Source: Bacillota bacterium
Lineage (GTDB): Bacteria > Bacillota > Limnochordia > DTU087
DNA: 64,000 nt
Direction of reading: 5' to 3'
Assembly: GCA_012798695.1 (NCBI GenBank)
Contig: JAAZMR010000028.1
Coordinates: forward strand, 57,168 to 121,167
Shown: piece after piece, positions 44,659 to 52,420 of the stretch
Numbering within the stretch: the stretch's first letter is position 1
How the letters are laid out: each line of letters begins with the position of its first letter
The notes under the pieces: model-generated
Seen by the model: the letters and a program-made list of their open reading frames with translations, nothing else
What the model was told of the DNA's origin: nothing
Databases searched by the model: none
Translations under genes and position numbers: made by a program

Positions 44659-45926
44659 TGCTCACCACCTGAACTGCCAATTTGGGGCAGTGTTGAGGCT
44701 CCATAAGGAAACACTGCATATGCCATATCTTCACCAACTATGGTAAACCCTGCTCTGATGGCATCTTCGATATTCCGGTAAGTATCGATGCCAACCAAGT
44801 CTTCATGGACCAACTGCTCAGAAGTAACCAATAGCACCTTGATATCATTGGCTATCTTGGCGATGGCCGCGGCCTTGTGGCCACCCAAGACAAATTCTTT
44901 GCGAAGCGCCTCCAAAAGCTGTGCTGGTTCTTTTTTTGAAGTCATCCATTGTCGAAAGATCTTATTGCCATACCCTTCCCGGCATTCAGCCACCAAGATA
45001 ATGACTCCGCCTTGGCGCACGACCCCGGCACAATTATCCAGGGCCTTCTGTGCCTGGTAAAGATTGATATCCTTAGGATCGCCACCTGCACTGACAATGG
45101 CTAGATCCAGTCGCTGGGGTACGGAAACTGTGCCCGCTTGCCGCAAGCGCTCACATAATCTGCGGTGAGCTTCAGTTAGGTCGCCGGCACTCGCATCAAT
45201 TACTCTATGCTGCTCATCCACAATCACATTGAGCAGAAAATCCACTCCCACCATGGAAACGGCTTCTTCTAAATCCTCCCGAACGGGATTGCCCTCTAGC
45301 CGAGCAGCCATGGCGCTATCTTCAACCATATGGGCATGGTTACTCCTGATGGTAATTGGTGCCGCTACCCCTGGTACTATAGCTTTGGCGCCACCGGAAT
45401 AGCCGGCAAAATAGTGAAACTCTACATTTCCGATACAGATGCGAAAGTCCGCTTCCACCACTGGGCGAAAGATTTCTACAGGCGTCCCCCGCTGCGTCCG
45501 CCCCAAGGCCACCACATCGTGAATATCATGGTTAATCACACTTACTCGCTGAAAAACACGTTCCCCAACCGATTGAGCAAGCTCCTGGGCAGTCATCGGC
45601 CTATGCAATCCTAAGCCGATAACTACGGTAATGTCTTCATCCTTGACCCCAGCGGCATTGAGCCTTTCTAAGATCGGGGGCAGCAGTATCGAATTCGGGC
45701 ATGGTCTAGTCGCATCACTAGTTATGATGACTGCTTGCTGGCCCGGTTCCAGGAGCTCCTCCAGCCTGGCTGATCTTGTGGGATGATCGAGGGCCATCTG
45801 TACAATCTCTCGTTCTGGTATGCTTACCTCTTGTCGTATAGGCAGAAACGTGCCCACATGACCTGCCTTGGGCAGTTGTAAAGCTTGAAAACCGTGTCCG
45901 TAAGGTAATGCAACTTCAACCGCCAA
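44649..45926 (-). CDS. LarA-family nickel-pincer alpha-hydroxy-acid racemase (probable malate racemase)
   Basis: DATRP, GLGLHR, HYFAGYSGGAK, NH, DINLYQAQK; family assignment secure, substrate inferred. Confidence 0.88.
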   Translation of the reverse strand: MAVEVALPYGHGFQALQLPKAGHVGTFLPIRQEVSIPEREIVQMALDHPTRSARLEELLEPGQQAVIITSDATRPCPNSILLPPILERLNAAGVKDEDITVVIGLGLHRPMTAQELAQSVGERVFQRVSVINHDIHDVVALGRTQRGTPVEIFRPVVEADFRICIGNVEFHYFAGYSGGAKAIVPGVAAPITIRSNHAHMVEDSAMAARLEGNPVREDLEEAVSMVGVDFLLNVIVDEQHRVIDASAGDLTEAHRRLCERLRQAGTVSVPQRLDLAIVSAGGDPKDINLYQAQKALDNCAGVVRQGGVIILVAECREGYGNKIFRQWMTSKKEPAQLLEALRKEFVLGGHKAAAIAKIANDIKVLLVTSEQLVHEDLVGIDTYRNIEDAIRAGFTIVGEDMAYAVFPYGASTLPQIGSSGGEHCC

Positions 45927-45928
45927 TT

Positions 45929-47191
45929 TTACACCTTCCTATATGCTTTCTTTAGTGCTTTAATCAAAGGAAGCTCAACCCCGGATAAGAACCGGACCAT
46001 GGCTCCACCGGCGGTACAGATATAGTCAAAGCGCGCCTTGGCGTCATCCACCAGCATGGCTGCCGCATTGACACTATCGCCTCCGCCTACCACACTATAG
46101 CCTGGTGAAGCGGCAACAGCATTCCATATGGCGCGTGTCCCCTGTTCAAACAGGGGATTTTCATAGACACCCATGGGACCATTCACAAAAATGGTACCCG
46201 CATCTTCAATCACGGATTTATAGCAGGAGATTGTCTGTGAGCCAATATCCAGGTATAGCACATCATCAATGGGCAATTCGTCCAAGCTGCATTCCACACG
46301 AGAGCCATTTCGCTCATAGGCGAAATCCACCGGGTTTACGAATCGCTCTCCATACTTCTCTATAAACGCCTGAGCTGGTTCTACAAATCCATCTAATGAA
46401 CGTTCTTTAAGAAACTGTTCTTGTTGCTTGCCAAAGCTCTTGCCTTGAGCTATCCACATAATCATCCCCGTGACACCACCGGTCAAGATCCGATCAGCAC
46501 TGCCATTTTCCAGCACTTGCCGGATCATGCCAAAGGCATCAGAAATCTTCAGTCCACCGAGGACAAAGATCGACGGCCTTTGCGGATTTTCCATGATTGA
46601 GTAAAGAGCCTGTACTTCTGAAATGAGCTGCCTACCTCCAGCTGTAGGTAGGACCTCAGCAAACCCCACCATGGATGGAGCGTTTCTGTGGGCCGCCGCA
46701 AAAGCATCATTGACGTAGTAATCAGCCAAATATGCCAACTGGCGGACTAGATAGCAGTCTACCATCTCCCTGGGAGACAATTTAACTGATCGCTCAAAGG
46801 TGGATACTTCCTCAGTCAAATACCGAACATTACCCAGTAGTACCGCTTCCCCAGGCTGCAGAGCTTTGACTGCACCCTGGGCAGCCGGACCGGCGACATC
46901 ATCGATATACCGGACAGTCTGACCCAGTCGGGCAGATAACCTTTCCGCATGTTCACTCAAGGGGATGAGATTATGATAATCCAAAGTGTCGCCCTGGTGG
47001 GCGAGAATAGCCACCTTCGCCCCCTGATCCAGCAGGGTCTTCAGGGTCGGAATACTCTTGTTGATGCGGTTGTCATTGACGATTTTCTTGGTAACAGGAT
47101 CAAGGGGCGAATTGATATCTACCCGCAAGATCACGGTTTTTCCCTGGTAATCAAAATCATCAATGGTATTGATCTGCAAATCAGCTACCAT
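45929..47191 (-). CDS. Phosphoglycerate-kinase-family protein, archaeal type, altered basic patch
   Basis: LRVDINSP, AHQG, NVRY, VNDAFAAAHR, LGGLK, DIG, NGPMG.YE, VGGGDS, TAGGA. Confidence 0.9.
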   Translation of the reverse strand: MVADLQINTIDDFDYQGKTVILRVDINSPLDPVTKKIVNDNRINKSIPTLKTLLDQGAKVAILAHQGDTLDYHNLIPLSEHAERLSARLGQTVRYIDDVAGPAAQGAVKALQPGEAVLLGNVRYLTEEVSTFERSVKLSPREMVDCYLVRQLAYLADYYVNDAFAAAHRNAPSMVGFAEVLPTAGGRQLISEVQALYSIMENPQRPSIFVLGGLKISDAFGMIRQVLENGSADRILTGGVTGMIMWIAQGKSFGKQQEQFLKERSLDGFVEPAQAFIEKYGERFVNPVDFAYERNGSRVECSLDELPIDDVLYLDIGSQTISCYKSVIEDAGTIFVNGPMGVYENPLFEQGTRAIWNAVAASPGYSVVGGGDSVNAAAMLVDDAKARFDYICTAGGAMVRFLSGVELPLIKALKKAYRKV

Positions 47192-47193
47192 GG

Positions 47194-48210
47194 CTACCTC
47201 CCCAGTTTCAAGTGCTGATTCGTCACTCCAACTGCCTCTAGGCGATCTGTCTGCATCTCCATGCTGGCCCGAACCGCATCTATGGTCTCGGGAATGACTA
47301 CTGCTTCCTGGGGGATATTAATGGCAAAAACGATCCTGTCTTCAAATACGGTAATGGTTTCCTCCCAAACAGCAATTTCATACATGTCCCCCCTGGGATT
47401 ACCTAGATCCCGGGCATAGCGGAATAGAGAAGCATTGCCCAGAAACCCGTCAGCTAACCGGACAACGCGAATCCTCGGATGAGCTTCAAACAGCTCTAAG
47501 ATCTCTTCCTTAGTGGTTTCCCGCTTCGGCTTGGCTACCACAGAAATGATGTGTCCATGGGTGACCGGAGTGTGCACCAGTACCCCGGTTGCCTTTACGT
47601 GAGGCATGATCAGCATGAGATCCACAGCCTGATGATTAGGTACTGGATCAACTTTCAGGGCATTCGTCAACCCCCGATGATAATCTCCGGGATCTGCCAC
47701 CCGCCTGATGATAGTAATGATCACGTTCTCGATACCGATCTCCCGATCCAAGCAATCCACCGAGCGAATGAGCCCAGTTGTATTACAGGAGGTAAGCTTT
47801 AGAAACTGCTTGCCCATCCCCTGCTCATAGTTGGCATAACCATGAAAGAAAACATCAGCTACACTAGTTTTTTCTCCACCTTGGAAAACAGCTTTCTTAC
47901 CATATTTTTCATAGATTTGCTTGTTCTTGGCACCGACACCGGCACTAGTCGCATCCAAAATGATATCGACCTTTTGCACCAGATCTTCCAGGGAACCGGA
48001 AATTGGAATACCATATTCTTCTACCTTGTCTCGGTTCTCTGGTAAAGCCAGGTAGAAGTCGTAGTTCATGCCCCTCTCTTTCAAAGCCATTACCGGCAGT
48101 GTGGGGCCTATATCAGCTACACCAACCAGTTCCATATCCTTCTGTAAAGCAACTCCGTCGGCTAGCCGCTGACCAATCACTCCATAGCCAACTACACCAA
48201 CCTTAACCAT
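47194..48210 (-). CDS. Type II (archaeal-type) phosphorylating GAPDH-family protein
   Basis: GYGVIGQR, FQGGEK, SCNTTGL catalytic Cys, RRVADP, RDLGNPRGDMYE, QEAVVIPETIDAVRA; start MVKVG after AGGAGG. Confidence 0.9.
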   Translation of the reverse strand: MVKVGVVGYGVIGQRLADGVALQKDMELVGVADIGPTLPVMALKERGMNYDFYLALPENRDKVEEYGIPISGSLEDLVQKVDIILDATSAGVGAKNKQIYEKYGKKAVFQGGEKTSVADVFFHGYANYEQGMGKQFLKLTSCNTTGLIRSVDCLDREIGIENVIITIIRRVADPGDYHRGLTNALKVDPVPNHQAVDLMLIMPHVKATGVLVHTPVTHGHIISVVAKPKRETTKEEILELFEAHPRIRVVRLADGFLGNASLFRYARDLGNPRGDMYEIAVWEETITVFEDRIVFAINIPQEAVVIPETIDAVRASMEMQTDRLEAVGVTNQHLKLGR

Positions 48211-48440
48211 AATATCCCTCCTGATGTAATTCAGATCATCCACTACTCAAGACTTTCGTCGATCCTTGTCGAAAAATCAACTAATTGTCGACTTGGGCCC
48301 ATGTAGCGTGTCTCCTCGTGAACTTCATATGCAGTATCCTTTCCGGTTCCTGATGCTAACTACAAGGCCTTGAGCCACAGTCCCCGTAAATCACTAATAG
48401 TTTAACGACAGCACTATGGATTTTCGGTCCTATTGCGTTC

Positions 48441-48468
48441 GTTCTCTAGTAAAATGACCAAATCCTGT
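48441..48468 (-). promoter_or_regulatory. Possible sigma-H-type promoter for the operon
   Basis: Minus strand ACAGGATTT-12nt-AGAGAAC resembles the sigma-H AGGAWWT...GAAT pattern with one mismatch. Confidence 0.3.
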
Positions 48469-48749
48469 CTCTCGGTGAGAACTCATGTCAGTTTCTTATG
48501 GACTTTGGAACACGTATCCTACTCAGCGAACAGATTCAGCACAGCCACCCAAACCACAGCCATTTACAGTTCTGTTTCCACTTCTTGACAATTCATAAAA
48601 GTCTCCAGACACAATCATAGACTGGATCCGACAATGTTTTCTAGCTTTGCAGGAATTACATATCTTACAAAGAAGATCGCAATACAAACAGCGACTATTT
48701 GCCCATTACCGAGTTTGCCAGACACATGGAAAAATCCCGCAATTAACAG

Positions 48750-49175
48750 TGAAGAGAGGACGTATCCAGCCAATGTCAGAGAGCAAACTCCGTTTATAGT
48801 AGCAATGATCGGATGCGACGCCTGATGAAGGAGCTCAATCTAGTTCCTATGCAAGTTCGGAAATGTAAAGCAACAATCAATTCTAAACACTCAGTGCCGG
48901 TGGCACTTAACCTGTTTAATAGGGACTTCGGGGCTAATGCACCGTGTCAGAACTGGTTAGGAGATCTTACCTCTCCACAGAGGAAGGGTGGCTATACTTG
49001 GGAGCATTTATCGATCTTTATTCCCGGGAAGCTGTGGGTTGGGCCCCAGGAACTCGTATGACCATGCCATCAGTCCTCGATGCTGTGAACAAAACCCTAC
49101 AACTCGAACGTCCCTCCAAAGGCCTCATATTCTGTTCTGACAGCGGTTCCCAGTATGCTCCCCATGATTACCGTT
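48750..49175 (+). pseudogene. Degraded IS3-family transposase (OrfB/rve) fragment
   Basis: RRLMKE..TINSKHSVPVALNLFNRDF.A.AP...W.GDLT, frameshift, then YLSTEEGWLYLGAFIDLYSR..VGW and IFCSDSGSQY; truncated before the catalytic Glu; no inverted repeats seen. Confidence 0.85.
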
Positions 49176-49277
49176 CTGAAAGATTGCATTCTCCAATGAA
49201 ATGGAAAAAGGTGGTGATATGCAAACAAAAACCCGGTTGTTGGTGCACGCGAACATACAAATGGGAGGTCATGAAGC

Positions 49278-50570
49278 ATGAAGAGAATCACTAAAACACT
49301 CGCATTATGTGTACTAATGGTCTTGCTCATTAGTATGGTTAGTTTCGCAAAAGGCAAGATCGAGCTAACTGTACAGACTTATTGGGATCCTGAATTGGGT
49401 AGTGGAGCGAGGCTCGAACAGTCGTTCAAAGATTTTATGGCTCTCTATCCAAACATCGAAGTAAAGCACATTTACCTACCTCGAGATCAACTCATCCAAA
49501 GAGTCTTGTCACAGGTCTTGACAGATACCCTTCCCGACATTGTCTTTGCCGATAATCCTTGGGTAAGGCAATGGGCAGAGGCTGGTGTCTATAAGGACAT
49601 TACTCCACTAGTTGAACAGTGGGATGACTACGAAGACTTCTTCCACGGAACCCGAGATGCTTGTACTTTTCAGGGTAGAGCCTATGCACTACAGCTAGTA
49701 ACCAACAACTTAGCCTTATTCTACAACAAGGACATGTTTGCCGAATTAGGCATAGCTGAACCGCCCAAGACATGGGATGATATCAAAGCCATCTCTGCCA
49801 AAGTCACTGCCAATCTCCCTGGGGTATATGGGTTAGCCTTCTCCGCATGGGATGACGAGGAGTGTACATGGCAGTTTGAGCCTTTCATCTGGAGTAACAA
49901 GGGAAGCTTGCTAGAATTGGATCAGCCAGAAGCCGTGGCTGCCTTGCAGTTCTGGACTGATCTAGTTAATGAAGGATATACTGCTCGTGACTGCTTGAAT
50001 TGGCGTCAGCAAGACGTAACTCATCAGCTGGTTAACAAGAAAGTGGCAATGATGGTCATGGGCCCATGGGAAATCCGTTCCGGACTAAAAGATGCCGATT
50101 TCGAATACGGCATTGTACCCATACCAGTACCCAAAGCGGGATACAATCCGGTCAGCCCCATGGGCGGAGAGTGTTTTGGGTTAAGCTCGTCAATAGACCC
50201 AAGTAAGATAGACGCGGCTTGGCAGCTAATCGAGTACCTAGTAGCCCCAGAACATATGGCCGACTTTACCACGGCATCCGCTACCGTTCCCACCCGGGGT
50301 GCAGCCCTGGAGTTCGTCTTAGACAGGGAGCCTCGGCTAGAGGTATTTGCAAAACAGGCAGAGTATGCCCTGGCCAGGACTGTAGCAGGCGGTGGAGAGA
50401 AGTATCCTGAGGTCTCAGCCATCACCCGCAGTGCTATTCAGCGAGCCCTATCGGGTATGATGGATCCTCAAGCTGCATTCACTCAAGCAGCCGGAGAAAT
50501 CAAGGAGCTTTGGCCTGCCGACGAATACGAAGCACTGAGGAACGAGGTACGAGAGGTTCATAGTCGATAG
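49278..50570 (+). CDS. Carbohydrate ABC transporter solute-binding protein (CUT1/SBP_bac_1)
   Basis: Signal peptide, PDIV, LFYNKDMF...PPKTWD, AMMVMGPW, MGGE; GGGAGGT RBS. Confidence 0.92.
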   Translation: MKRITKTLALCVLMVLLISMVSFAKGKIELTVQTYWDPELGSGARLEQSFKDFMALYPNIEVKHIYLPRDQLIQRVLSQVLTDTLPDIVFADNPWVRQWAEAGVYKDITPLVEQWDDYEDFFHGTRDACTFQGRAYALQLVTNNLALFYNKDMFAELGIAEPPKTWDDIKAISAKVTANLPGVYGLAFSAWDDEECTWQFEPFIWSNKGSLLELDQPEAVAALQFWTDLVNEGYTARDCLNWRQQDVTHQLVNKKVAMMVMGPWEIRSGLKDADFEYGIVPIPVPKAGYNPVSPMGGECFGLSSSIDPSKIDAAWQLIEYLVAPEHMADFTTASATVPTRGAALEFVLDREPRLEVFAKQAEYALARTVAGGGEKYPEVSAITRSAIQRALSGMMDPQAAFTQAAGEIKELWPADEYEALRNEVREVHSR

Positions 50571-50607
50571 AACGATCGCACTAGATAGTCTTAGCTATTC
50601 AATCTTG

Positions 50608-50632
50608 GGCGGAAGGGGCTTCCCCTTCCGCC
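50608..50632 (+). other. Perfect 11-bp hairpin between the SBP and first permease (mRNA-stabilising/stoichiometry element)
   Basis: GGCGGAAGGGG-CTT-CCCCTTCCGCC immediately before the permease RBS; no U-tract. Confidence 0.6.
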
Positions 50633-50648
50633 TCAGGAGGTTTTCAAG

Positions 50649-51524
50649 GTGGGCAAGCTCAGATATAGACTCGGTTGTTATTTGTTTCTCTTACCTGCGA
50701 TTCTTTACATCTGCCTATTATTGATCTACCCCTTGATATACAACACGGGCCTTAGCTTTAGGGACGTCAGTCTAATCAGTTATATGAAGGGAACCAGCAA
50801 ATTCGTAGGTTTTGCTAACTATCAAAAACTATTTAGAGACCCTATCTTTCATAGGATTCTATATAATACGGCTATCTTTATGGTGCTGTCCATTGTGTTT
50901 CAGTTTGTCCTTGGTCTTCTGTTAGCTTTGTTATTCGATAGGGATTTCCCCCTGAATAACATATTTCAAGGGCTAATACTGCTGCCTTGGTTCGTACCGA
51001 TTATGGTAAAAGGCAATATTTTTCGGTGGTTCTTTAGTGATATGGGCACCATCAACGGTTTCCTAAGTTCTTGGGGTATAATTTCTCAGCCTATTCCTTG
51101 GATAACTAGCAACAGCCTACCGATTATATCTTTATCCATTGCGAATATCTGGCTGGGAATTCCTTTTAACTTCATCTTGCTGTTTACCGGTCTGAAGGGA
51201 ATCCCCGTGGAACTCTATGAGTGTGCTCAGATTGATGGGGCAACAAAGTGGTATCAGACAATCTTTATCACTATTCCGCTCCTCAAACCAGTAATTATTA
51301 CTACCCTCATGCTCGGATCGATTTTCACCATCAAAGTCTTTGATTTGGTTTGGATTATCACCAAAGGCGGACCCGGCAACTTATCGCACCTGTTCAGTAC
51401 GTATTCCTACTCTCTGGCTATGGAACAGTTCAAATTCGGTATGGGAGCAGCTGTAGCCATCGTCATGGTATTGATTGTAACGGTGATCACCATTGGCTTT
51501 AACTCCATCAAGGTCGATTACTAG
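50649..51524 (+). CDS. Carbohydrate ABC transporter permease (MalF-like)
   Basis: FLLPA, FVGFANY, EAA-loop variant ELYECAQIDGA, ITKGGP. Confidence 0.92.
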   Translation: MGKLRYRLGCYLFLLPAILYICLLLIYPLIYNTGLSFRDVSLISYMKGTSKFVGFANYQKLFRDPIFHRILYNTAIFMVLSIVFQFVLGLLLALLFDRDFPLNNIFQGLILLPWFVPIMVKGNIFRWFFSDMGTINGFLSSWGIISQPIPWITSNSLPIISLSIANIWLGIPFNFILLFTGLKGIPVELYECAQIDGATKWYQTIFITIPLLKPVIITTLMLGSIFTIKVFDLVWIITKGGPGNLSHLFSTYSYSLAMEQFKFGMGAAVAIVMVLIVTVITIGFNSIKVDY

Positions 51525-51536
51525 GGGGAGACACTC

Positions 51537-52358
51537 ATGAAATATACGTGGAAGGATTGGAAGTGGACGCTGATAGCCCTGATACCGGTATTGATCTTGA
51601 TCATACCCATTTATTTTGTATTGATCAGCGGTTTCGAAACCGTGGAAGAGATCTATCATCAGCCTCCATATTTGGTTCCACCCAATCCCACATTGCAGTA
51701 CTATGCTGATGCTTGGACAACTCTTAATCACTACTTGATGAATAGTGTGGTAATATCCGTAGGGGTACTGATCCTGACAATCGTGGTAGCAGCTCCAGCA
51801 GCTTTTGCCTTGGCCAAACTCAATTTGCGGGGCGAGAAAACAGTATCATTTCTGATGGCATTGGTGCAAATGTTACCAGTGACCACGGTCGTCATTCCCC
51901 TGTTCCTGATTTTCTTTAAGCTTAAACTTATCAATACGCATGTTGGGGTAATCCTTGGTATTTCGGCGTTCACCATCCCCTTTAGCGTAATCTTGCTGAC
52001 CGCTTATATGCGCTCCATGCCCTGGGGATTGATTGAAGCAGCTCGCATCGACGGTGCATCACTCTTCACCATTTTTGTGCGAATAGTGATGCCTATCTGC
52101 AAGCCGGCTCTCTCTACCGCTGGAATGCTTGCATTGCTGAATGCATGGGGAGACTTCATCTTCGCAATATCCTTTCTGCAAGAGCGATCTCTGCAGCCCA
52201 TGAGCGTGGGGTTATATAGTTTCATAGGTCAGTATGGCACCCAATGGAACTTGCTCATGGCAGGAAGCATGATTTACTCACTGCCGGTGATCATCGTTGT
52301 CACCCTCGCCGGTAAAGGATTGGTGTCTGGCCTAACTGCCGGTGCATTCAAGGAGTAG
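51537..52358 (+). CDS. Carbohydrate ABC transporter permease (MalG-like)
   Basis: NS, EAARIDGAS, AWGDF, GLTAGAFKE. Confidence 0.92.
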   Translation: MKYTWKDWKWTLIALIPVLILIIPIYFVLISGFETVEEIYHQPPYLVPPNPTLQYYADAWTTLNHYLMNSVVISVGVLILTIVVAAPAAFALAKLNLRGEKTVSFLMALVQMLPVTTVVIPLFLIFFKLKLINTHVGVILGISAFTIPFSVILLTAYMRSMPWGLIEAARIDGASLFTIFVRIVMPICKPALSTAGMLALLNAWGDFIFAISFLQERSLQPMSVGLYSFIGQYGTQWNLLMAGSMIYSLPVIIVVTLAGKGLVSGLTAGAFKE

Positions 52359-52361
52359 TTA

Positions 52362-52387
52362 GAAAAGGAGCAGCTGAGCTGCTCCTT
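52362..52387. terminator. Terminator between convergent ABC permease and araB
   Basis: AAGGAGCAGC-TGA-GCTGCTCCTT perfect stem; T run on the minus strand. Confidence 0.7.
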
Positions 52388-52420
52388 CATCTGTTCCCCA
52401 TTTTGCTCTATCCTAGCTGA

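Noticed and set aside
45929-48210. Reading gap-pgk as the housekeeping glycolytic operon
   Set aside because: No cggR, tpiA, gpm or eno; both enzymes are archaeal-type with altered phosphate-binding motifs and are embedded in an iol operon. Disfavoured, though not formally excluded.
48253-48293. TGTCGAA/TGTCGAC repeats upstream of gap as Spo0A or operator sites
   Set aside because: Short motifs that can occur by chance; no regulator in the window to tie them to.
48750-49175. Active IS element or programmed -1 frameshift
   Set aside because: The frameshift lies inside the integrase core, the fragment is truncated, and no orfA, inverted repeats or target duplication are visible.
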